Position numbers and translations under genes: made by a program. 27,319 bases of DNA from a virus (lineage: Duplodnaviria > Caudoviricetes): IMG/VR virus record IMGVR_UViG_3300017909_004659, positions 1 through 27,319 of that record; one strand, given 5' to 3'. The stretch's first letter is position 1. Every line of letters begins with the position of its first letter. Below are positions 12,801 to 20,150 of the stretch, one piece after another. The notes below the pieces were generated by a model that worked only from the letters and a program-made list of their open reading frames with translations, had not been told where the DNA came from and made no database searches.

Positions 12801-15800
12801 ACTAGATTATCAGATTTGTTCTTTTTCAATCTTGAGTTATCAAAATACAAACTGAAAAATTTTGCAGGTTTGGTCAATGCAAGTAATTTTACTATCGAGA
12901 ATGGATACGCACTCGATCTTCTCCATGCTGTTTCTGCCGGCGCATGATCACCAAATTTCCATGTCGCTTGTCGTCCTGGCACGTCAAAGTCTTTTATAAT
13001 GCCTGCCGCGATCGGATCTAATAATTCTCCCGATTCATTGACCGGAAGATATGTTGTAATATCTGGTTTTCCATATCTGCTTGGATGTGTGGCTATGTAA
13101 TTCCAGAGCACATCATTTCCTCTGGTGTATGGCGCCACACCGTATTTGCTCTCCCAATCTGCAGGCTTCTCCGAATGGCCTATGCACTCCCAGGGTCTTA
13201 GATGTGGAGCATCTGTGTCAAAAAAGTATTGATATATGCCTCTCCAGTATCCAGGCAGTTTCTGAGAATTTAATCTATCTGTGCTTCTAGCATAGTTGTA
13301 AGTAAACGGTGATCCTTCTTTGAATTGTGTGTTGTTGATATACTGCACAGCATTTTTTCCTGCCCAAACATAAAAATCTGAACTCATGATATCATTCACT
13401 TCAGCAAGTTTATATTCCGTTGATTTGAATGCTGACGGTATTACCTCGTTGTGATCCAATAATGTGGCATCATAGGCAACCTTGCAATTATTATAAATTC
13501 TTTTTTCAAGTTCTAATATTAAATCATCTCTTTCATCGCCGTATGCCTTTATTATCGAACCATCGTGCCGTCTGATCACTTCTGTATCGGTGGTGTAAGT
13601 GGTGTCTGTAAATTTTTCCGGCGTGAACTTTGGATACATACCTAATTTCGTAGGTGTTGTCGGAATGTAACTTCCGGTTGTGTCGGGATAATCCTTAATC
13701 TTGATCTTGTCGCCTTCTGCGAGTGTTTTTGTTATGTTTATACTATCGTCAGTTGTGCTGAAAGTGTAATCTGTGCCAAGTAAAAGTAGCACGTCATTTA
13801 GGTACACGTACACTGCTCGATTGCTTGTAATTGTGGGATCGAACTGTGTATCTATAGCGTAGTCAACTTCTTGTGCATCATTCACAGTGTAAGTTCTCAC
13901 AGAAACATTTTCACCGTATCCTACCATGTCCTCGTGATAGAATTCAAATTTGTTTGTCTTGCCTTTTACTAGTTCTTGGATAATTTCGTCAACTCTGTCG
14001 GCCGCCACTCCTTCATATGCAGTACCAACACCATATGTTAAAAAAGAATTGTACCATTTTTCATACTCGTTGCTGTTGAAAGTTATAGCGTTGATCAAGT
14101 TGGCCTTTTGATCTAACAAAGAAAACACAGCAGGCAGTAACGAACCACCGTGCTGTTGTATAGTGCCGCCTATGTGCCTAGAATCAGGCTTATCCCTTAG
14201 ATTGCTATTTCCCGGTATGATGCCTGTGACGTCCGTGTTTTTCTCGAAAATATCTTTTACATGGGCCAGCACCTGACCGAATGTAAAATCGCCAATAGTG
14301 TCATTGTGTGCATTTACAGACAAGTTTTCGGGAATCTCATATATTCCTTTGTCATCAATTTTATCCGCACTGCTGTATGCTAAAATTTTGACAAAATCGT
14401 CAACATCCAATTCATCATTGAAACTGACGTATTTGTTCACCGTGCCATCTACAATGGTGTAATCCGTAGAAAGTGTTTTCCTCACACTGTTCACCGAGAC
14501 AGAAATTTCTATATCTGTCAAGGTTGCGGAATTCTCATAGAAATCAATTGGAAATAATTTTTTTTCTGTTGCGTCAACTATAAATGTTCTAACAACTCTT
14601 TGTTTGCTTTCGAATTTCCTCTTCTTCCACGCACTTTGCTCTGTGTCGGCAAGAACCCCATTGAAGTGTAGGTGCGCCGTTGCAAGATTGACCTCTTTTG
14701 TTGTTGTGCCTTCCCTGTAAGTAAAAGTTCCATTGGTATGATCCGATTTGAATACTATGTCTCCTACGTTGTTGATTGTATTGTATTTCACTTTCATACC
14801 CAACACCGTATCTGTTGTCGCTGTGTCGGAAGTTGCAAATTCAAATACCTTGGCTCCAACAAAATCACTGTTTGGATATACGGTCAGATCAGAAAGGACA
14901 TTGTCATCGTCGTCATACAAATTGAACAAAGGTTGCTGATTTACCTTAGTCTTTTTCTGTGCATCAACCCATTGCTCTTTATCCGCATTGTAATAAACTG
15001 TTTTGCCTTGGTTGTTTGTTCCAAATTCAACATACACAGATTCCTTGTCTGCAGGGTCCGTGTCCGCCTCGGTAGTCAAGGCAATTACCTTGCTACTGTC
15101 TGAACCTTGAACAAATTTAACTTTATAAATTTTATTCTTTACTGTAGGATCAGTGTCTGCTGTGAACAAAACACGCATTTCGTCTTCAAGTGCCAATCCA
15201 TCTACAATGTAACCAGTTTTGTTTACTACTGTGCTGAAAACATCTGTAGTGACGTCGTCAATAAGTGTGACTGATCTTTTTGCCGAAGTGCCGTGATCAA
15301 ACAGTTCTATGCCCGAATCAAATTCTATAATGGGTCTTTTTGCACGATCTTCTTCTTTAAGTACTGGTGTGTACCCGCCTATTCTCGCAACTTCCTCAAT
15401 GACTGCTCTATGTGTCCATCTATTGTATCTTGACCAGGCATTTTTATCAGGCGAGTCTCGTTTGATTGTGATGTAATCTTTGGTCTCCGGTCTATAAAAT
15501 GCTTTCGCATATGGTCTGCTGTCAAAAGCAGTTGTATCATACAGTATTGTTGTTTCTGTCGCATATTTTTCAGGTGTAATTAAATCATCCGTATCTGTTA
15601 AGGTTATACAATGTCCAACGCCCTCAACATAATATTCTCTATCCTGATATGCAGAAGTCACATTTGTGTTGGCGAAACTTATCTTCATCCCATTTGATAG
15701 GTCAAGTGTTCTCAAACTGTAATTTTTACAACCTATGATATCTTTTACTGGATCAATTTTATGAGTGGCTGACACATCATGAATTTGAAGAATACCGTAC

Positions 15801-16651
15801 ATAGATTCGTGATTGCCACATTGGTAATACAACACACTTGGTCCTGAAGTAGGAACAGTGAAAGTGACTATGCCGTCGTCGGCACCGTTGTTTGTTACAC
15901 CCGTTGAATAGATCGTTGACGTAGAACCATCCGCGGCAATTTTGTCCTTGTATGGTTCAGTCATTATCCAAAACGGATGACCTTTTGCATCAACATTAAA
16001 TTTGTAAGTGTTACCTCTATACAATTTTAAAATAGGATTGTTTTCTGTACGGTGAGGGAATTTCCAACTACGTGTGCTACTGCCGTCATCTGGAGTAATT
16101 TGAACCCTGTACTCAGCAACAGCGTTTGGTCCTACTGTATCTATCTCAACAGTGGCAGGCCCTTCCGGCATCCAATAATATTCTCTGTAATTGATAAGTT
16201 TATCATAATCAATTGCAGGATTCCAAGAGTAAACTGTTTCCTTGTTTAATCTATCATGATTGTTTACTTTTCCACCGTAAAATTTTATTTGATTGATATA
16301 ATCATCATATGTACCTGTGAATTTAACTTGGTCCTCAGGATTGATCGAAGTGGTGTCTTTATCTGTGTAGGTTACAGCAGGATCCAATTGATAAGCAAAT
16401 CTATTTCTGTCAGTGGCAGTGACATACCTGTCACTGATCTTCCTTGTATAGGCATCCTGTTTGCCTATGAAACCATCCAATCTCTCCAGTGATCCTTTTT
16501 GAACCAATGGATCGAGGGTGCTTGATAAAAATCTTTCGTTTGTATCTGTTCTATAAAACGCAGGTAAATGAGCAATCGTCCGCCTAAATTCTCTGCCGTT
16601 TTCGGAAACAACTTCTTGGTTTGCTGTTGAATTGATAGGAGTGTCAGCCAT
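3797..16651 (-). CDS. Giant (4284 aa) multidomain baseplate wedge (gp7-position) / adhesin-like virion protein
   Basis: Uninterrupted 12.9-kb ORF directly after gp6 (TAATG overlap), where T4 has gp7. Contains a cupredoxin-like domain, two CBM5/12-like motifs, an FG-GAP-like propeller, 'ITV..GGSGYT..PTV' repeats and many GDGST / 'V.VNG...DYT' beta-sandwich repeats. gp7 identity rests on synteny only. Confidence 0.75.
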   Translation of the reverse strand: MADTPINSTANQEVVSENGREFRRTIAHLPAFYRTDTNERFLSSTLDPLVQKGSLERLDGFIGKQDAYTRKISDRYVTATDRNRFAYQLDPAVTYTDKDTTSINPEDQVKFTGTYDDYINQIKFYGGKVNNHDRLNKETVYSWNPAIDYDKLINYREYYWMPEGPATVEIDTVGPNAVAEYRVQITPDDGSSTRSWKFPHRTENNPILKLYRGNTYKFNVDAKGHPFWIMTEPYKDKIAADGSTSTIYSTGVTNNGADDGIVTFTVPTSGPSVLYYQCGNHESMYGILQIHDVSATHKIDPVKDIIGCKNYSLRTLDLSNGMKISFANTNVTSAYQDREYYVEGVGHCITLTDTDDLITPEKYATETTILYDTTAFDSRPYAKAFYRPETKDYITIKRDSPDKNAWSRYNRWTHRAVIEEVARIGGYTPVLKEEDRAKRPIIEFDSGIELFDHGTSAKRSVTLIDDVTTDVFSTVVNKTGYIVDGLALEDEMRVLFTADTDPTVKNKIYKVKFVQGSDSSKVIALTTEADTDPADKESVYVEFGTNNQGKTVYYNADKEQWVDAQKKTKVNQQPLFNLYDDDDNVLSDLTVYPNSDFVGAKVFEFATSDTATTDTVLGMKVKYNTINNVGDIVFKSDHTNGTFTYREGTTTKEVNLATAHLHFNGVLADTEQSAWKKRKFESKQRVVRTFIVDATEKKLFPIDFYENSATLTDIEISVSVNSVRKTLSTDYTIVDGTVNKYVSFNDELDVDDFVKILAYSSADKIDDKGIYEIPENLSVNAHNDTIGDFTFGQVLAHVKDIFEKNTDVTGIIPGNSNLRDKPDSRHIGGTIQQHGGSLLPAVFSLLDQKANLINAITFNSNEYEKWYNSFLTYGVGTAYEGVAADRVDEIIQELVKGKTNKFEFYHEDMVGYGENVSVRTYTVNDAQEVDYAIDTQFDPTITSNRAVYVYLNDVLLLLGTDYTFSTTDDSINITKTLAEGDKIKIKDYPDTTGSYIPTTPTKLGMYPKFTPEKFTDTTYTTDTEVIRRHDGSIIKAYGDERDDLILELEKRIYNNCKVAYDATLLDHNEVIPSAFKSTEYKLAEVNDIMSSDFYVWAGKNAVQYINNTQFKEGSPFTYNYARSTDRLNSQKLPGYWRGIYQYFFDTDAPHLRPWECIGHSEKPADWESKYGVAPYTRGNDVLWNYIATHPSRYGKPDITTYLPVNESGELLDPIAAGIIKDFDVPGRQATWKFGDHAPAETAWRRSSAYPFSIVKLLALTKPAKFFSLYFDNSRLKKNKSDNLVSSETGIRQQLSSAKYHLETETNILTNVTKTFSTGGYQPLLVNYLISQNLDVETFLYKKFKNLDVQLAYKLGGFSDKQNLKVLTDSVSPGSTSGSKFLPDENYKILFRTSNPVDTYNFSGVLIEANTDTALDGSTLLGGYKVLGYSTSEPFFKFLYPVAGNINSKVQVDGVEVLEYNTYQEDVQTIPYGHVFTTKQEVANFLFGYGKYLESRGFKFDKFSTEIREVLNWRTAVREFLFWTTQSWSPGSCITVSPAAQGLSLETSNTIVGSLRNKLGEYSVLDAGARIVDTRDVSTKRLGKTFDIEIKDTKIGMYNLDISTVQKEHVLLFDNKTVFNDIIYDKATGFRQPRLKLVGWKTGGWNGDYYAPGFVFDSAKVTYWSRNTDYKIGDSIEYQGKFYVALVNHNSGTDFDNSNWKIKSEKPASQLIPNFDYKISQFRDFYNLESNNFDESQQNLAQRLIGYQSRDYLENLFVNDISQYKFYQGYIREKGTENAITRLLKAKYEDQDINLDIYPEWMIRTGEIGNVDAKTSHQIFLKEDEIVSNPQSIELADTSNDTKSYIKSLQISKENFYSAPIEYTAATTFGKKDYTKPGVDREFVQTYKTAGYPQLPHVQHTLFSIDDLLTFDHTKIDRNDLIWIANKSNKDWDVFRVTNSGVRINTVRRQNSATELEIETTSSHLLQQETNRNEADYVMLKNSAQQELDGIYKVKEVVDHKTFVIDYSETTNFIPQVNEDGSTADTYGQIFKFVSVRLASMNNVNDRLPYHEYKDKANSTQQIEGDKVFADADSNGLWSVYEKQNPYTQVRQLSPDNATDTQDFGWKVLARADARSIIASAPSKGQGEVHFFNRSQNTAGSTLFATGTNTTTTGNDNTSKLGYSLSMSTDENFVLAGAPYSNSVGQDGSTRFNDAGAVESYIWNPSSFTYGFISTFLPPTDETGQNFGWAHKIVEPGVSSTRSTAQKYMFISAPGLSSDKGRVYMYEWGIGADGSTYDTWTQCLTIDSPAGGAGQRFGHQVECSDDGNILAISSLAPGNAGKVEIFVRTSQSSDDSVQHSFNLVQTLTGVSSDGSSLNTRFGDSITMTKDGSTLVVGAPGHDDSSQTDGGAVFVYKWDANNDSTLLYTLDHTLKAPDTATNMQFGSSVHVNNTGNRLVVGAEMFSTFRETKIDSGDTTFDLQDTRFVDINVGSGGCYTATKYNTEFVVDDLLVTDSVSAGDNFGKGVFVTDNTVIVGAPADEGHEDVSNDGSITLFDSTVSNEYAWRRISQETHFVDIDKMGQVFDYDSGTNQIRDWYDLYDPIQGRILGIADREINIKTPWDPAVYNAGTKADEKNAWLENHVGEVWWDLSKVKWLWYAQGTQEYKINNWGKTFPGSSIDIYEWIESPLLPSEYNTLANTDASNQRFTGLQGTPLDVTDNSYSVRQKYNSELDAFVPVYYYWVKNRVDVPTNSVVKRKNSTSFVKNVIENPKGLGFKFYAVSDANKFLIWNVSRLNRDRIVLNFDTKTNTNDIGTHSIWKLVRESDPSFRPGTVIEKKWWDSLIGQNSEGDTVPDLDLPVYERYGNRTRPRQSWYVDRFSALKEVIQYANSVLVKPQLAGTINLSNLDDKDPEPTEQSGEWDASVETYADLTYINTSDISGSINYLVKADETANGFWAIYTWDHSGEWSRTKIQTYNTSKYWSYIDWYKTDGDMEHGPTTKIDKQVQFEYELDSLDLDIGKHVKVTSADTGGWKLFMKTASGYENVGTENGTIKLSEKLYDYSLDATGFAGQDNFDDNFFDQTPSIETRKVLTALRDDILVNERAVEYNNMFFVGIRKVLAEQTYVDWLFKTSFINIKSSVRELDQRKTYSAGTDDWIEDYINEVKPFHTKVREYKLGYTGTETQDGIFTDFDNPPFYDADEGKIRSLNVSRDSAKLDEYPWQMWNDYHKKHVESITVVDGGSGYTKVPTVTVVGGTVTSTGPFQILGLSASGSTSGQYGYFYPLFTDETRAKVWDSQNGGTGTVHTHTFDGLSDTFYMPTATSFHAQNTRSTAYKMYETPATTAATAKANVVDGKVSSITVTGVGANYTATPTVIITGGTDTGANPSNVAKAYANLNNDLVRDIDTTIKFDRIKSTSSVVDWEASTSYAYGQLIRHKNQLYKATSAFTSTTKFDDNIDDLHRMIGDETGLTAADRTKGFYTPMSGMPGNELSQLMKGVDYGGTMVTGLLFNQGQGWDKQGWYDFPWDNYGESDIIKFVADGSTATYTFSTAPASTKVYQVYITEDDSSRRKLDDVFRGDGSTTTFTLSETPNTNALVEFIPFDSDGVGTPTDDRTIDSIIKGGLFGSALGIAPSDIVLEGDDFVNPDTSYAPEEAVPGQMFDTVDIKVYTSPESGVPFVSEKNYRGNGSTRIFSIGDYPGTLGSVTVSVDGAVKKLSTDYTIDVPNKTITFGTAPANNTVISTKVFAISGENYRVLDQYTGDGSTVTFTTSTRGEFNLDSTSSEIYITINGVPNSAYSTTTTANTITVTFDSAPAADALIQIAGFNKSTTTTRSYASIRSQAITYDGSTNRYTLTYPPGAIGPYSGLTIIEVNGRVLRGPDNTYYVGDGSTYTYGVVSGLGEDSTVDPSKTITNANQVEVYVNGTKKDLNTDYTVDTGNQNINFVPGAVPTSTDVIAISTLVDNHYYNNGNDIIIDPSAIASSGYSLTANDVMTVTTFNNALGMKQRREVLEGVPSGEFYLRFAPLNSDYTFVWYNGHQLVQNVDYTLNESKITVYGKTITFSDRLDVMYFAMESAVGATGFRIFKDMLNRTFYKRISKSSTTKIAEFVYKDAKTIEVEDGSVLPTPDITNNQPGVIFVDKERIEYFTKSGTTLGQLRRGTLGTGIKDHGSGVEVVDASGTQTIPYADTVYTNTFTGDGSTVTFALSQTPASASELDIFIGGQRLLLTSEDGSTLNYSVDGSTTAVTIHTTAPASGTQIKILHKRGQVWYTAADGNPADGKGLQGSTTQQAKFIAQEPTNAPE
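3900..6110 (-). repeat. Array of degenerate beta-sandwich protein repeats (GDGST.TF ... V.V.G.....DYT) in the giant protein's C-terminus
   Basis: FVADGSTATYTF, FRGDGSTTTFTL, YRGNGSTRIFSI, YTGDGSTVTFT, YDGSTNRYTL, YVGDGSTYTY and FTGDGSTVTFAL, with VSVDGAVKKLSTDYTI, VYVNGTKKDLNTDYTV and VWYNGHQLVQNVDYTL. Related units at ~13760-13820 and ~14450-14520. Boundaries approximate. Confidence 0.7.
9040..10400 (-). repeat. FG-GAP (integrin alpha-like) beta-propeller repeats within the giant protein
   Basis: Seven units: DFGWKV..IIASAP, KLGYSL..VLAGAP, NFGWAH..FISAPG, RFGHQV..LAISS, RFGDSI..LVVGAPG, QFGSSV..LVVGAE and NFGKGV..VIVGAP. Confidence 0.8.
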
Positions 16652-19600
16652 TAGTAACCTGCCCCACTACTGCCAGTGCTTGAACCTGAACCTGATGTAG
16701 TAGAGCCTGATACCGCCGATCCTGTTGTTGTGTTTGAACTTGTTGTAGAAGTAGACGTCACTACATTGCCAGACGCCAACAATTGGTTGGCTCCTAAAGC
16801 AGTAATTGTAGTCACATCATTAACGGTGGCCCCACTAATGAAAATTTCATCGGATGCACATTCAACCTGGAATAAAGACCCAAAACTCTGTCCAGATTGA
16901 TTAGGCACTATCACGACTGTCAACAGATCCGGTGCCAATTGTTGGTGTACATATGCCGCCAGTTCTGTGAAATAGAAAGTATCACCAAAGTCCCAATTAT
17001 CCAACGCAAAAAACTCATTGACTGCTTGTATAACTCTTGTTTTTATAATTGCGTCTGTGACATTGGTTTTGGTGTTTTTAACAACCTTGAAGGTTGCCTG
17101 TAATTGCTCGTTTGCGTTTGATCCAAATAATATCTTGTATTTCACTGGATGATATATGATTTGGTCCGATAAAGATTTTTTTGGATTTAAAAAACCTGAA
17201 TAACTTATTCTCAACTGATCAGTAGTAGACGGCGTAGGTTCGGTTCCGCCTTCTTGCAACCAAACTCTAAACAAGTCGTCGTATGATCTTTCCAGCATGT
17301 ATACATCAACAATGTTAGACACTGAAGGATCTATACGTGTTTCCTGTCCGGCATGATGTTTGTATTGGAATGATATACTGCTTCTTCCACGTCTGGCATA
17401 ATAATCTGTGGTAGTTGCAAGGGTGTTTGTTGTGGAATCATATTTTTTAACAACATCCTCGTCGTCGGCATAAAAATAAAACAGTTGACCATTGTCATAT
17501 ACCGTGCTGGATAAAGTGATATCTGATTCGTTTTCCGATACCACAAAGTTTGTTGCCGCGTAAGGTCTAAATCTTTCAATTGAATTGTATCCTATGTACT
17601 TTTCAAAAAATACAAACTTGTTAGCAACTGTAACATCAGGCTCAATAAAGATATCAAATATCTCTGGATTATCAACAACCCCGTCATCGTCGCTGTCATA
17701 GAACCCAACTTTGACTTTCCTGTTGTCCTGGTAACCATCTGATTCTGTCACAGTGTCTACAACTTGCCAATTAATTGGATAGCCGATAGAACTTGCAGTT
17801 GATACTATAGAATTAGTCGACAGTACCTTGACTGTGTCTTTGACTGCTGTTCCTAACTTGTAATCATAAATTTTTTCTTGTTTATCATAATGGAATTTAT
17901 TTTGTCCGGCAGATTCAAAAATATATTCAAGACTTCTGTATGTTACCGTGTACGTGTTTCCATCGTTGTCGAAGTCAAACCACCAACTGGCGTCATTGTT
18001 GATGCCCGCTGTGGAACCTGCATTGTTCAAATTGAAAATTTTGCTACTGCTTAGATTTGTAGATGTAATTACTTTCCAAGTTTCGCTATCTACATCGTAT
18101 CGCAAACCAAATTTTTCAAATGCCTCTACCCGGTCTATAATATCATTTTTCAAAGTGTCTGAAAACGAAGTTGTAAAGTTCGGAAAGATCGAAGTGAGTT
18201 TAGAGCCATTTGGAATAATGTCAGCAAGAGTAAGTGGACCGTTGCCATTTTCTAAATTTCCTAGACCGCTATTGGCGCCATCTCCGACCACATCTCCCAA
18301 TTTCGCCCATTTTCTGTCTTCCGCGTTTTCAGTGCCCGCTGTCACTAACTTGTCATTTAAAAATTCTCGAGTGTCTGGTGACGTGAATTTAATCAAAGAT
18401 CCTTTTTTGGCGTACTTTAAATTTGACGTGGCATAAACTCCTGTGGTTAATGCACCAGAGCCTGTTGTAAAATATCCAGTATTGGAGTTTGTAGATGTTG
18501 TTGTCGAATTCCACGTTGCCGATAAAGACGATAAATCTTTAGATCCATATTTTAGATAATAGAACTGTCTTGCATAGGCTTCTTTAAGTTTTGCTTCTAC
18601 GTTGGTGTTTATCATTGATAGTATTTCATTTCTATTAGTGAAGTTGAATGAAAAATACGGTGTTGTTTCCTCTCTGTATAGGATACCGTCATCGGCAAAA
18701 ACATTTACATTCGAATATGCACCAGTTGGATCTAAAATTTCTTTGGCTCTAGATATTCCCGAAGCAGATCTGTTAACTGCTCTTGATTTAATAATTTCTT
18801 GTGATGCGGAAAGCGGAACCACTTGATAATCTTCTGCTGTTATCATTCTGTCCTGTGCATAAAATACTTGTGGTGCTTTCTCTCTTATAGATTCATTGGA
18901 TTCTGTCGCGGCTGAATTATAGACAGATGCTTTCAAACTGCAATTCAATGAAAGAGTTTGTTGTGCTCCATTGGCATCTATGTATGGTACAGATATCGCG
19001 ATGTTTTGCATATCCGAAGGCTGAATAGCATACTTGGCATTGTCGCTTACTCTGTAATATGTTCTGAAGGTACCGATGGGTATCTCTGAAAAATTTCCAT
19101 CTCCAAAGACTAAGTCTACTGAGTCATCTGTTTTTGTTACAACGTTGTAAATGCTTCTGACACCCTTGGCCAATGAATTGTATATTGCATTGTTGCCTGA
19201 CTTTGCTTCCACCTTAGACCATTTTTCATTTATTTGACCAAATTGATCTAACTTATACAACCAAACGTCTGAGTTGTTGATGTTGTTTGTTGGAATTTCT
19301 TTAACAAAATTTGTAATTGCAACATCGGATGTGAAATCTAAATTTTCTATTGTACCTTGTTTGAATAAAAGGAAAAAACCTGTATTGTTTGAACTGTCTC
19401 CGGATCCGTCTGTCCTGTAAGCATATGTGAGTCCTGTTCCTGGAATGGGGTCCGCTTCATAGATTGATTCTGAGTCTTTAATTGTTGCTGGCACAATCTC
19501 GAAACTTCTTTGAACTCCACCTACTGTCTTCCTAAAACTGAAGATCGGTAAGTCGTTTTGATTAGATGAAAGCGTGTATATTTCTGTCTTGATTCCGCCT

Positions 19601-20136
19601 ATCTGATCCGCTTCCCTGGGTTTGCCAAACAGTTGACCTGATTGATTTGCCGCGTTTAAAATGGAAGTGATCTGCTCTCTGTAATTTGAATTCGCTCCGT
19701 CGTTCCAATTTATTGTTTGATTAGATAAATTTGTTCCCGACGAGTCCAACACATCTTGTGTTGTTGAAATAGAATCTATCTTCAACAGACCAGTTGCTGG
19801 TAAATTTCTCTTCGCATTGTAATTGATTAATCTAGCAAGTCGTAAAACCGAACTTCTTCTCGCGGCTGTTTCTATGAAATTTTCTCTGGCATTTAAATCC
19901 ACCCTGAAAGATAAGGACTGTGCTATGTAGGCAATCAAATCTATGAGTGCAACATATTCAGAACTTTCAACAAAATCATTAAAATCATCTGGGTAATTCT
20001 CTTTAATGTATGAAACCATTGTTCTACGCAACGTTTCGAAATCATAACTTTTGAAGTCTGCCTGCTGGAAGGCCTGGTAGATCTTTGTCCAATCTTCCGC
20101 TACAAGTAATCTGTTCTGTCTATCTGTTGTGGCCAT
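16651..20136 (-). CDS. gp6: Baseplate wedge subunit, T4 gp6-like (1161 aa)
   Basis: DFKSYDFETLR..M..Y....PDDFNDF.ESS, ENFIETA.RRSSV.RLA..INY and ES.ESIR.KAP..F.AQDRMITAEDY are gp6/baseplate-J signatures; follows gp25. Confidence 0.88.
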   Translation of the reverse strand: MATTDRQNRLLVAEDWTKIYQAFQQADFKSYDFETLRRTMVSYIKENYPDDFNDFVESSEYVALIDLIAYIAQSLSFRVDLNARENFIETAARRSSVLRLARLINYNAKRNLPATGLLKIDSISTTQDVLDSSGTNLSNQTINWNDGANSNYREQITSILNAANQSGQLFGKPREADQIGGIKTEIYTLSSNQNDLPIFSFRKTVGGVQRSFEIVPATIKDSESIYEADPIPGTGLTYAYRTDGSGDSSNNTGFFLLFKQGTIENLDFTSDVAITNFVKEIPTNNINNSDVWLYKLDQFGQINEKWSKVEAKSGNNAIYNSLAKGVRSIYNVVTKTDDSVDLVFGDGNFSEIPIGTFRTYYRVSDNAKYAIQPSDMQNIAISVPYIDANGAQQTLSLNCSLKASVYNSAATESNESIREKAPQVFYAQDRMITAEDYQVVPLSASQEIIKSRAVNRSASGISRAKEILDPTGAYSNVNVFADDGILYREETTPYFSFNFTNRNEILSMINTNVEAKLKEAYARQFYYLKYGSKDLSSLSATWNSTTTSTNSNTGYFTTGSGALTTGVYATSNLKYAKKGSLIKFTSPDTREFLNDKLVTAGTENAEDRKWAKLGDVVGDGANSGLGNLENGNGPLTLADIIPNGSKLTSIFPNFTTSFSDTLKNDIIDRVEAFEKFGLRYDVDSETWKVITSTNLSSSKIFNLNNAGSTAGINNDASWWFDFDNDGNTYTVTYRSLEYIFESAGQNKFHYDKQEKIYDYKLGTAVKDTVKVLSTNSIVSTASSIGYPINWQVVDTVTESDGYQDNRKVKVGFYDSDDDGVVDNPEIFDIFIEPDVTVANKFVFFEKYIGYNSIERFRPYAATNFVVSENESDITLSSTVYDNGQLFYFYADDEDVVKKYDSTTNTLATTTDYYARRGRSSISFQYKHHAGQETRIDPSVSNIVDVYMLERSYDDLFRVWLQEGGTEPTPSTTDQLRISYSGFLNPKKSLSDQIIYHPVKYKILFGSNANEQLQATFKVVKNTKTNVTDAIIKTRVIQAVNEFFALDNWDFGDTFYFTELAAYVHQQLAPDLLTVVIVPNQSGQSFGSLFQVECASDEIFISGATVNDVTTITALGANQLLASGNVVTSTSTTSSNTTTGSAVSGSTTSGSGSSTGSSGAGY

Positions 20137-20150
20137 ACTGTTTGTACGGA

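Noticed and set aside
3797-16651. Intein, intron, stop-codon recoding or DGR target in the giant ORF
   Set aside because: No intein or homing-endonuclease motifs and no near-identical DNA repeat pair seen; all genes read through in the standard code with tight junctions.
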